From: Alphaproteobacteria bacterium
GTDB taxonomy: Bacteria > Pseudomonadota > Alphaproteobacteria > UBA9219
Length of the DNA stretch: 64,000 nucleotides
Reading direction: 5' to 3'
NCBI GenBank assembly: GCA_033763555.1
Contig: JANRKK010000008.1
Coordinates: 29 to 64,028 of the forward strand
Part shown: positions 1 through 9,100 of the stretch, one piece after another
How positions within the stretch are numbered: position 1 is the first letter of the stretch
Layout of the letters: every line of letters starts with the position of its first letter
Program-made: the position numbers and the translations under genes
Notes under the pieces: model-generated
Databases searched by the model: none
What the model was told of the DNA's origin: nothing
Seen by the model: only the letters and a program-made list of their open reading frames with translations

Positions 1-66
1 GACAATGAATGGGGCTTCTCCTGCCGCATGAGCGACACCGCCGCGGCCATGATGAAGGCGAAGTAG
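1..66 (+). CDS. gap: Glyceraldehyde-3-phosphate dehydrogenase, 3' end (partial)
   Basis: Frame 1 reads DNEWGFSCRMSDTAAAMMKAK-stop, matching the GAPDH C-terminal (WY)DNEWGFSxRM motif; not in the ORF track. Confidence 0.9.
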   Translation, partial: DNEWGFSCRMSDTAAAMMKAK

Positions 67-103
67 GGCCATTTCCCTCGAAAAAAAACTCGGATAGTCT
101 CGG

Positions 104-150
104 CGTTATCCCCGCCAAGGCGCGGGTAGCGCTTGCGTTCAGGATTCCAT
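104..150 (+). repeat. Degenerate single arm of CGTC-type REP palindrome
   Basis: cgttatccccgccaaggcgcggg...ggattccat resembles the arm cgtcatgcccgcgaaggcgggcatccat at 51627; its end overlaps the ccmF ATG. Confidence 0.45.
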
Positions 151-2833
151 GTTCATCGAAACCGGGCACTTCGCCCTTATCCTCGCCCTGCTGGTCGCCG
201 CGGTTCAGGCGTTTATCGGCTTGCGCGACTTACGATCAGATCGTCATAAGTCCTCCCCCCTTGGGGGGAGGGTTGGGTGGGGGGTCTCTGAAGAACACGA
301 CCCCCCATCTGCGAAAACCAAGAGCTTACTTCGTAAGCTCAGGTTTTCGCGTCTTCCCCCCAAAGGAAGAAGACGGGATTCTGTCAATACGAGAGACATA
401 TCAGATACTCAAATATGGATAGCTGCCGCGCGAAGGACGGCGCGTGCCCAATGCGCCTTGATCGCCATCGCTTTTGTGGCCCTCGCGCATGCCTATGTGA
501 CCAGTGATTTTTCCGTCCTCAACGTCGCGCAGAACAGCCATATCGACAAGCCGCTGCTGTATAAAATCTCGGGCGTGTGGGGCAATCATGAGGGCTCCAT
601 GCTGCTGTGGGTTCTGGTGCTGGCGCTTTATGGCGCGGCGCTGGCATTGTTCGGCAAAAAAATGCCGACCTCTCTGCAGATGCGCGCGCTGGGCGTGCAG
701 GGTATTTTATCGGCGGTCTTCCTGCTGTTCATCCTGCTGACCTCGAACCCTTTCATGCGGCTCAACCCCGCGCCCCTGAACGGGCAAGGGCTGAACCCGA
801 TTTTGCAGGATCCCGGCCTCGCCTTTCATCCGCCCTGCCTTTATCTCGGCTATGTCGGTTTTTCGCTGGTCTTCGCGCTGGCTGTTGCGGCACTGATGGA
901 AGGCAGGGTGGATTCCACATGGGCACGCGCGGTACGGCCCTGGGCGCTGGCGGCCTGGAGCTTCCTCACGCTCGGTATCGGGCTGGGTTCCTGGTGGGCC
1001 TATTACACGCTGGGCTGGGGCGGCTGGTGGTACTGGGACCCGGTTGAAAATGCGTCTTTCATCCCGTGGCTGGCGGGCACGGCATTGCTGCACAGCCTGA
1101 TCGTTCTGGAAAAACGCGATGTATTGAAAGCCTGGACAGTCCTTCTGGCCATCATCACATTCTCGCTGTCGCTGATCGGTACCTTTCTTGTGCGTTCGGG
1201 TGTGCTGACTTCGGTGCACAGCTTCGCGTCCGACCCGGCGCGCGGCGTGTTCATCCTCGGCATGATCGTGGCGGTGACGGGCAGTGCGTTGCTGCTGTTT
1301 CTCCTGCGCGCGCCAACGATGAAATCCGGTGCGGATTTTGCGCCGCTCTCCCGCGAGGGTAGTTTGCTATTGAATAATGTGTTGCTCAGCACGGCGGCGG
1401 GAACGGTGTTGCTCGGCACCCTTTATCCGCTGTTCCTTGATGCGCTGAGCCTCGGCAAGGTCTCGGTCGGGCCGCCTTATTTCAACCGGACTTTCGGGCC
1501 GCTGATGCTGCCGTTGATCATCGCGATGGGTATCGGGCCGATGCTGGGCTGGAAAAAAGCCGATGCGCGTGGATTGGTTCAGCGTCTGGGTTTTGCGTTG
1601 CTGGCGGCTCTGACCGTGATGGCTGCAACATGGATTTGGGCAGGCGGTTCAGCGAAAATCTTGATCACAGCGGCGGGTATGGGACTGGCGGCATGGCTGG
1701 GTACAGCGACCTTCCTGACATGGGCCGAGCGTATCAGCCTGTTCCGCACGGGTTTTGGTGAAGCACTGCGCAATGCTGCGCAGCTGCCACTGTCGGCCTA
1801 TGGCATGCTAGCGGCGCATGCGGGCATGGCGGTGCTGCTGGCGGGGATTACAGGCTCGCTCGGCTGGCAGGTGGAAAAAATCCAAATGATGCGCGTCGGC
1901 GAAAGCGTGGATGTCGCCACCTACCGCCTGAAGCTAGAAAAGGTCGAGGAAAATATCCAGGGCCCCAACTATACCGCCACACGCGCGGCGTTCGTTGCGA
2001 CCAAGAATGGCGGTTTTGTTGCGCGCCTGACACCGGAACGGCGAATGTTCACTATGCCGCCACAGCTTGTCACCGATGCCGCCATCCATACCAATTTCAT
2101 CGGCGATCTCTATGCCGTGATCGGTGAAGCGGATGGCAAGGGTAACTATGTCACGCGGCTTTACTACAACCCACTGGTGCCATGGATTTTCTTTGGCGTC
2201 GGATTGATGGCGCTGGGGGGCACGCTGGCGCTCGCGGGACGCCGGAAGAATTCCGGTGCAACGGAAAAACAGGAAGCGGCACGATCAGGCAAAACATCGC
2301 GCCGTGCGTTTTTGATACCTTTGATGGCATTTGCCGTTTTGGCCGGGTTTTTTGCCAATCGCCTGTGGCTGGCTGAAAAAGGCTTTGCTCCGGATAAAAT
2401 TCCATCGGCGCTGATCGGCAAGCCGGTACCGGTTTTCGATCTGCCATCCCTGACAGGCGGCCACGTAACGGCGGCGAGCTTCAAGGGCAAAGTTACGCTG
2501 GTGAATTTCTTTGCTTCCTGGTGCGTGCCGTGCCGGGCGGAGCATGAGATTCTTTCCGGCCTGAAAAGCGTGAAAAGCCTGACGCTGGTCGGCATTAATT
2601 ACAAGGACAGGCCGGAACAGGCGCAGGCCTGGCTGAGAAAATCCGGCAATCCATTCAGCGCCATCGCCAACGACCGCGAAGGCACAGCGGCGATTGATTT
2701 CGGCGTCTATGGCATTCCTGAAAGCTTCCTGATTGATCGGCAAGGCATCATCCGTTTTCGGCAAGCCGGCATCCTGACACCCGAAGCCGTGCAGAACAAA
2801 ATCCTTCCACTCGTGAAGGAGTTGAACCGATGA
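149..2833 (+). CDS. ccmF: Cytochrome c heme lyase CcmF fused to C-terminal CcmG/DsbE thioredoxin
   Basis: WGNHEGSMLLW, HPP, WGGWWYWDPVEN (WWD motif), SVHSFA; then a TM anchor and VNFFASWCVPCRAEH...GVYGIPESF thioredoxin, all in one 894-aa frame. Confidence 0.95.
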   Translation: MFIETGHFALILALLVAAVQAFIGLRDLRSDRHKSSPLGGRVGWGVSEEHDPPSAKTKSLLRKLRFSRLPPKGRRRDSVNTRDISDTQIWIAAARRTARAQCALIAIAFVALAHAYVTSDFSVLNVAQNSHIDKPLLYKISGVWGNHEGSMLLWVLVLALYGAALALFGKKMPTSLQMRALGVQGILSAVFLLFILLTSNPFMRLNPAPLNGQGLNPILQDPGLAFHPPCLYLGYVGFSLVFALAVAALMEGRVDSTWARAVRPWALAAWSFLTLGIGLGSWWAYYTLGWGGWWYWDPVENASFIPWLAGTALLHSLIVLEKRDVLKAWTVLLAIITFSLSLIGTFLVRSGVLTSVHSFASDPARGVFILGMIVAVTGSALLLFLLRAPTMKSGADFAPLSREGSLLLNNVLLSTAAGTVLLGTLYPLFLDALSLGKVSVGPPYFNRTFGPLMLPLIIAMGIGPMLGWKKADARGLVQRLGFALLAALTVMAATWIWAGGSAKILITAAGMGLAAWLGTATFLTWAERISLFRTGFGEALRNAAQLPLSAYGMLAAHAGMAVLLAGITGSLGWQVEKIQMMRVGESVDVATYRLKLEKVEENIQGPNYTATRAAFVATKNGGFVARLTPERRMFTMPPQLVTDAAIHTNFIGDLYAVIGEADGKGNYVTRLYYNPLVPWIFFGVGLMALGGTLALAGRRKNSGATEKQEAARSGKTSRRAFLIPLMAFAVLAGFFANRLWLAEKGFAPDKIPSALIGKPVPVFDLPSLTGGHVTAASFKGKVTLVNFFASWCVPCRAEHEILSGLKSVKSLTLVGINYKDRPEQAQAWLRKSGNPFSAIANDREGTAAIDFGVYGIPESFLIDRQGIIRFRQAGILTPEAVQNKILPLVKELNR
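251..374 (+). repeat. Multi-hairpin palindromic element (RPE-like, family B) inserted in frame in ccmF
   Basis: Hairpins ctcccccc-tt-ggggggag, ggggggtc..gacccccc, gcgaaaacc..ggttttcgc (311-350), gtcttc..gaagac; same architecture as the intergenic copy at 46092-46233. Confidence 0.8.
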
Positions 2834-3336
2834 ATTTTCACTTCATTCGTCATTCCGGCGCAAGCCGGAATCCAGCGGCGAGCGTCCGCGAGCCAAAAAA
2901 ACTTATTTGCGTGCTGACGTACAAGTACTGGATCCCGGCTTTCGCCGGGATGACGCTTGTTGTTGTGTTTTTGTTTGGATTAATAACACTCGCCCACGCC
3001 GTGCAGCCGGATGAAATGCTGAAAGACCCGGCACTGGAAGCCCGCGCGCGCGTGATCAGCAAGGATATGCGCTGCCTTGTCTGCCAGAACCAGTCGATTG
3101 ATGATTCCGACGCGCCGCTGGCGCGCGATCTGCGCGTACTGCTGCGCCAACGCCTGACGGCAGGCGATACCGATGCGCAGGCGCGTGCCCATATCGTGCA
3201 GCGTTATGGTGATTATGTCCTGCTGACGCCGCCTTTCAAGCCCGCGACTTCTCTTTTATGGCTGGGGCCCGGGTTTTTCTTGCTGATTGCACTGGGGGCG
3301 ATGATCGGTTTCTACCGGAAAGGCAGACGCACATGA
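2830..3336 (+). CDS. ccmH: Cytochrome c biogenesis protein CcmH (CycL)
   Basis: RCLVCQNQSIDDSDAPLARDLR and RYGDYVLLTPP motifs; ATGA overlap with upstream gene; alternative start at 2950. Confidence 0.93.
   Translation: MNFHFIRHSGASRNPAASVREPKKLICVLTYKYWIPAFAGMTLVVVFLFGLITLAHAVQPDEMLKDPALEARARVISKDMRCLVCQNQSIDDSDAPLARDLRVLLRQRLTAGDTDAQARAHIVQRYGDYVLLTPPFKPATSLLWLGPGFFLLIALGAMIGFYRKGRRT
2848..2955. repeat. CGTC-type REP dimer (family A), 108 bp, in frame in the ccmH 5' end
   Basis: Inverted arms cgtcattccggcgcaagccggaatccag (2848-2875) and ctggatcccggctttcgccgggatgacg (2928-2955); translates RHSGASRNP...WIPAFAGMT. Confidence 0.88.
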
Positions 3337-4004
3337 CCGCTCTGCTCTGCACCGCGCTTGCCCTGATGGTTGCCGCTTTTCTTGCGGCACCTTTTTGGCG
3401 GACAAATCGTAAGAGCGCACTGGCGCTCGCGTTCGGGCTGATGCTGGGCGCGGGGCTGTTCTATCTTTATCTCGGTGCGCCGGATTTGCCGGACAAGCCC
3501 TATGCCGCGCGGCGCAACGACCCGGATTTCCGCCTGAACACCATCGCCGAAACCATGGCGACGGAGCTGGCGGAACGGCCCGATGCCGAAGGTTACAAGC
3601 GCGCGGCAGCTTTGTTCCTCGCCATAGGGCGCTTTGACCGTGCCGCAGAAGCCAGCCGCAAGGCGGTGGAGCACGGCGCGGATGATGCCGAAACCTGGTC
3701 GCGGCTGGGCGAAAGCCTGGTGCGGGCGAATGACGGCATGGTGGTGATGGATGCGCAGGATGCTTTTAAAAAGGCCCTGAAGCGCGACCCGAAAGATGTC
3801 CGCGCGCGTTTTTCCATGGGCCTCGCGCAGGCGCAAATCGGCAACTTCAAAAAAGCCGTCGGCATCTGGCGCGATCTGGAACGCGACGCGACGCCCGATG
3901 CGCCCTGGTTGCCGCAGGTGAAAAAAAGCATCCGGGAGTTTTCCCGCAAGGGCGGATTCGACCCGGCCTCCATCCCGCCGCGAGCGCCTGAAGCAGGCCG
4001 CTAA
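3333..4004 (+). CDS. ccmI: Cytochrome c biogenesis TPR protein CcmI/CycH (short form)
   Basis: Two N-terminal TM helices, YLYLGAPDLPD motif, TPR repeats; ATGA overlap with ccmH. Confidence 0.8.
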   Translation: MTALLCTALALMVAAFLAAPFWRTNRKSALALAFGLMLGAGLFYLYLGAPDLPDKPYAARRNDPDFRLNTIAETMATELAERPDAEGYKRAAALFLAIGRFDRAAEASRKAVEHGADDAETWSRLGESLVRANDGMVVMDAQDAFKKALKRDPKDVRARFSMGLAQAQIGNFKKAVGIWRDLERDATPDAPWLPQVKKSIREFSRKGGFDPASIPPRAPEAGR

Positions 4005-4089
4005 GCCGCAATCCGCGCCGATTCGCCGCACAATCTAGGCAACGCGCCGGAAAATGGGCATAAAGGCTGCAACCTCTGGAGGAACCCTC

Positions 4090-4629
4090 ATGAAGAAATG
4101 CGCATCCAAGGGCTTTGCCGCCCTCATCGCCGTCCTGGCCGTTCTGGCCTTTATCATTGCTATGCAAACTTCGGAATTTCAGGTGACGCGCACGGCCACC
4201 ATCGCCGCGCCGCCTGCCAAACTGTTCCCGCTGGTGAATGACCTGCGCAAATGGGAAAGCTGGTCGCCCTGGGCCAAGCTCGACCCGAACGCCAAACATT
4301 CCTTCGAGGGACCGCGCGCGGGCAAAGGCGCCATCATGCATTGGGATGGCAATATGCAGGTGGGCAAGGGCAGTATGACCATCACCGAAAGCCGCCCGTC
4401 CAGCGCCATCAAGTTCCAGCTGGATTTCACCAAGCCGCTGAAAGGCACCAGCACGGCCGAGTTCACCTTCAAGCCGGAAGGCAAGAACACCGCCGTGACC
4501 TGGAGCATGCAGGGCAAGAAGGATTTCCTGGCCAAGGCTATCAGCTTAATTTCCAGTTGCGAAAAGATGGTCGGCGGGCAATTTGAAAAGGGCCTGGCCA
4601 ATCTGAAGGCCATCGCCGAAAAGCGCTAG
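4090..4629 (+). CDS. SRPBCC (polyketide cyclase/dehydrase-like) family protein
   Basis: VNDLRKWESWSPWAKLDP and FEKGLANLKA motifs; GGAGGA RBS. Confidence 0.85.
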   Translation: MKKCASKGFAALIAVLAVLAFIIAMQTSEFQVTRTATIAAPPAKLFPLVNDLRKWESWSPWAKLDPNAKHSFEGPRAGKGAIMHWDGNMQVGKGSMTITESRPSSAIKFQLDFTKPLKGTSTAEFTFKPEGKNTAVTWSMQGKKDFLAKAISLISSCEKMVGGQFEKGLANLKAIAEKR

Positions 4630-4647
4630 GCCATTTCCCCTAAAAAG

Positions 4648-4683
4648 TTCTGCTCCGGCCACCCCCCAGCAGCCGGAGCAGAA
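4648..4683. terminator. Stem-loop between convergent genes
   Basis: ttctgctccggc / gccggagcagaa 12-bp inverted repeat. Confidence 0.6.
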
Positions 4684-4718
4684 TGCTGCATGCGCAGCTT
4701 CCCTAGGCAACGGCGCGG

Positions 4719-5114
4719 TTAGTCCGCAGGCTGTTGCATCTGGTTGTTTTGCTCGACCGTCTTGCCATCCACTTTCTTGGTGTGGCTGTATTCGGTCTTG
4801 CCGTCTTTTTCCACGGCCTTGTTTTTAATTTCGGTCGTGGATTTGTTGAAAAGACCTTTGGGGTCTTTCTTGCTCTTGATATGGACGGTGGTCTTCTTGT
4901 TGCCTTCGCTGTCCACATCGACCTTCTTGGTGGTTTCCTTTTCGATGTTGGTACCGGACGAGTCCGTATTTTCCATCTTGTCCTTGGCTTCATAGCCGCC
5001 GTCGGAATGCGTGCGGACGCTGGATTCCGACTTGGCGCTGGTGTCAGCCGCAAGGGCCGGACCTGCGATCAGAAGCGCGGCAAGAGCCACGGATGCGAGA
5101 AACTGCTTTTTCAT
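4719..5114 (-). CDS. Secreted K/T/E/S-rich hypothetical protein
   Basis: Signal peptide MKKQFLASVALAALLIAGPALA; hydrophilic beta-hairpin-like mature part. Confidence 0.8.
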   Translation of the reverse strand: MKKQFLASVALAALLIAGPALAADTSAKSESSVRTHSDGGYEAKDKMENTDSSGTNIEKETTKKVDVDSEGNKKTTVHIKSKKDPKGLFNKSTTEIKNKAVEKDGKTEYSHTKKVDGKTVEQNNQMQQPAD

Positions 5115-5322
5115 GGGGATACCCTTTCGATAACGAAGTTGTCCTGCCCGCCCTGGCGGGCGGTTCCTGTTAGATCTCTATCAGGCGTTCTGTAAGGAAC
5201 CCATATATAAGGGCGCGGCAGAGAGTAAAAATCCCGGAAGGATGACGGGCTTCGACCACTATGCTATCTCAGAAGCCCCGCACCGCAGACTTCATCTCAC
5301 AGCTGGTTTGAAAGGATTCTTC

Positions 5323-5832
5323 ATGATTCTCGGCATGCCGGTTGCGCATTTTACGTTGTTGCACACGGCCATCAGCCTGATCGCCATTGTCGCCGGTATC
5401 GTCATGCTGGCGGGGATGGTGCGGGGGCGTTTTTGCGCCCGGACACACGGCGTATTCCTGCTGACCACCATTGCGACGAGCGCGACCGGATTTATGTTCC
5501 CTCTGGCGCAGTTCGGGCCGCCGCGTATTTTCGGCCTGATTTCTTTCGCCGCTCTGGCCGCCGCGCTGTTCGCGCTTTATGTGGAACGGCTGAAAGGCCG
5601 CTGGCGGGTGATTTATATCGGCACCGTGTGGCTGACTTTTTATTTGAATGTCGTCGTTCTGGTGGTGCAGTCCTTCCAGAAAATCCCGGCCCTGAACGTC
5701 TTTGCCCCGACGCAAAAGGAACCGCCCTTTCTGGCGACACAATCGGCCGTGCTGCTGCTGTTCGTGATCTGCGGCGTTCTTGCGCTACGCCGCTTTCGTC
5801 CGCCTGCGGGAAAGTTGTTGCCGTTGAGGTGA
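5323..5832 (+). CDS. Integral membrane hypothetical protein (about 5 TM)
   Basis: AAAGGA RBS before ATG 5323; hydrophobic helices; QSFQKIPAL..APTQKEPPF motif. Confidence 0.75.
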   Translation: MILGMPVAHFTLLHTAISLIAIVAGIVMLAGMVRGRFCARTHGVFLLTTIATSATGFMFPLAQFGPPRIFGLISFAALAAALFALYVERLKGRWRVIYIGTVWLTFYLNVVVLVVQSFQKIPALNVFAPTQKEPPFLATQSAVLLLFVICGVLALRRFRPPAGKLLPLR

Positions 5833-5988
5833 GGTAAGCTTTTGGGGTGAGATTGCTTTCGCTCGGCTATCAAACTCGGTGCGCACTTCATGGCACCACA
5901 CCCCAACAACCCGTCCGCCTACGCTCCTGCGGAGCTTCGGCGGACATAAGGTTTGCTAACGCTCGCCGCGCTCGCGAAGCAAACCTAA

Positions 5989-6078
5989 TGGCGGATGGGG
6001 TGAGATTCGAACTCACGGTGAGCTTGCGCCCACGCCGGTTTTCAAGACCGGAGCCTTAAACCACTCGGCCACCCATCC
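5989..6078 (-). tRNA. tRNA-Ser (anticodon UGA)
   Basis: Reverse complement GGATGGGTGGCCGAGTGGTTTAAGGCTCCGGTCTTGAAAACCGG...GTTCGAATCTCACCCCATCCGCCA; long variable arm; CCA end. Confidence 0.97.
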
Positions 6079-6133
6079 ACATCATGAGAGATAGCAGAAA
6101 CCAACCGGACGGGAAAAGGCCACCGTTTGGGCG

Positions 6134-9100
6134 TTATTCCGACGCCGCCATAAGCAGGCTGGCGTTGCCGCCTGCCGCTGTGGTGTTGTTGGAGGTCACG
6201 CGCTCCACCGCAAAGCGCGGCAGATAGTGCGGCCCGCCGCCCTTGGGGCCCGTACCGGACAGGCCCTCGCCGCCGAAAGGCTGTACGCCGACGATCGCGC
6301 CGATCATCGAGCGGTTGACGTAGAAATTGCCGACATGCAGTTCGCGTTCCACCTGACGCACGGTGGCTTCGATGCGGCTGTGCAGGCCGCCCGTGAGGCC
6401 GAACCCGGTGGCGTTGATCTGCGCGATTAGCGCGCCGAGATTTTCAGGCTTATACCGAACCACATGCAGGATGGGCCCGAACACTTCGCCCTTGAGCCAA
6501 CTGATGGATGGAATTTCCCAGGCCTGCGGTGCCACGAAATTCCCGGCCATGCATTCGGGGCTGAGCTCAACCGTGCAGATTTCCTTTGCCTCGCGGCGTA
6601 GGAGGCCGACATGCTCCATCAAACCATCCTTGGCACCCTTGTCGATCACCGGACCGACATCCGTTTCCAGTTTCGCCGGATTGCCGACGTTCAATTCGCG
6701 CATGGCACCCTTCAGCATCGTGATGATTTTATCCGCCGTCGGTTCCGGCAGGCAAAGAATGCGCATGGCCGAGCAGCGCTGCCCCGCCGAACGGAAAGCG
6801 CTGGTCAGCACATCATCCACCACCTGTTCTGGCAGGGCCGAGCTGTCGACGATCATCGCGTTCTGGCCGCCTGTTTCGGCAATCAGCGGCACGATTGGCC
6901 TGTCCTTGGCCGCCAGCGTGCGGTTGATGCCCCATGCGGTGGAGGTCGAGCCCGTAAAGGCCACACCCGCGACATCCGGATACGCGACCAAAGCTGCGCC
7001 CAGCGCGCCGCCGCCCACCATCAGCTGAAACACATGCGGAGGAATCCCTGATTTCTCGATCAGCCGCGCCGTGGCAACCGCAATGGCCCGCGTCTGCGAG
7101 GCAGGCTTGGCGAGGACGCAATTGCCCGCGACCAGAGCCGCCGCAATCTGGCCCAGGAAAATCGCCAGCGGGAAATTCCACGGGCTGATGCAGACAAACA
7201 CGCCGCGTCCGGCGAGGCGCATCTGGTTACGCTCGCCAGTCGGCCCGGGCAGGTCGATGACAGCAAAATCTTCCCGCGCGCGCATCGCGTAATAGCGGCA
7301 GAAATCCACAGCCTCGCGTAGCTCAGCCAGCGCATCGGGCAAAGTCTTGCCGCCTTCGCGCGTCAGAATGGCCATCAGCTCCGTGCCATTTTCTTCCAGC
7401 AGATCGCCGAGCCGTTCAAGGCAGTTGGCGCGAACATCCACGGGGGCATTGGCCCAGACCCTGTGCACGCTTTGCGCGGCCCGAAAGGCCTTGTCAGCGA
7501 TCTCCTTGAGATCGCCCTTAAGCTCCGTGACCGCAGGCAGTGTGACGCGGCCCACCGCTTCGAGTAAGGGGCCTGTGACAAAAGGATCATTCAAATCCAG
7601 CCCGGCGGAATTGCGGCGCTCCGGCGCATAGAGATCGGCGGGCAGGCGCACCGACGGGTGGCGCAGTTGCGGATAGGATTTGACATCCTCAACCGCATCC
7701 GTCGTGAGTTGGGAAACCGAAACCGAACGGTCGAGCATGCGGTGAACAAAGGAACTGTTCGCGCCATTTTCCAGAATCCGGCGCACGAGATAGCCGAGCA
7801 GCACTTCGTGATCGCCAACGGGCGCGTAGGTACAGCTCTTGATGCCTTCGCGCTGCATGATGCGGTAGAGATCGTCATTCATGCCGTGCAGTTTCTGGAA
7901 TTCGAAGCGCGAGGGATCCTTCGCCAGCTCCAGAATATGCGCGACGGTCATCGCGTTATGCGTGCCGAAAACAGGCTGGATGCCGTCACCCGCATCCAGA
8001 ATGCGACGGGCGCAGGCAAGGTAGGACACATCGGTGCTGGCCTTGCGGGTGAAAGTCGGGAAGTCGCTCCAACCACGTTCCTGCGCGCGCTTGACCTCGC
8101 TGTCCCAATAGGCGCCCTTCACAAGGCGGATATGCATGCGGCGGCGATAGGCCTTGCCCATTTCAGTAATGAAGTCGATCACGGCAGGTGCGCGTTTTTG
8201 GTACGCCTGCACGGCGAAGCCGAGCCCTTCCCAGCCGCCCAGCCGCGCACGGTTCAGCAATTCATCGGAAACTTTCAGCGATAATTGCAGACGACCGGCT
8301 TCTTCGGCATCAATTGTGACGGGAATGTCGTAACGCGCCGCCTGTTCGCACAGGGTGACGAGGCGCGGCACCATTTCGCGCATCACGCGTTCGCGGTGTG
8401 TAATTTCATAACGCGGATGCAGCGCCGACAATTTGATGGAGATGCCGGACGGCCGCGCGAATTTCTGCATTTTCTGGAACGCGCCAATCGCTTCGATGGC
8501 TTGGGCATAGGATTGGTAATAACGCTCGGCATCTTCGGCGGTGCGCGCGCCCTCGCCCAGCATGTCGAAAGAAAAGCGCATATCCTGCGCCATCAGGGGA
8601 CGGGAATTCTGCAAGGCGTGCTCGATCGTCTCGCCGGTAACAAACTGGCCCGCCAGCCATTGCATGGCGGCCTTGATAGCTTCGCGGATAACCGGTTGAC
8701 CCAGACGCGAAATCAACTTGCCGACGGCCGCGCCGGGATTTTGTTTGGTCGGATCGTCCAGCTGTATGACTTTGCCGGTGATGGATAAAGCCCATCCGGT
8801 CATATTCATCGCCCAGGGCGCGTCATTGCCGAGCGCCTCGTTCCAGTGCGTTTCGCTCAGCTTGTCGCGGATCAATGCATCCGCGGTCGTGCGATCAGGA
8901 ATACGCAGCAGCGCTTCCGCCAGACACATCAACGCCAGGCCTTCCTGACTCGTCAGGCCAAAGCGCGACAACAGATCATTGACGCTGGCCGACGGCTTGT
9001 GCGTGCGGCGGATTTCTTCAATCCAGCTGGCGGCGCGCCCCGCGGCGCGGGAACGCTCAGCCGCCGAGAGTTGCGCGGCCGGGAAAAGTTTTTCAAGGCA

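Noticed and set aside
9-422. 137-aa ORF overlapping gap and ccmF
   Set aside because: Read-through of the gap 3' end and two repeat elements in another frame (VIPAKA, PPPLGGGLGGG); no RBS
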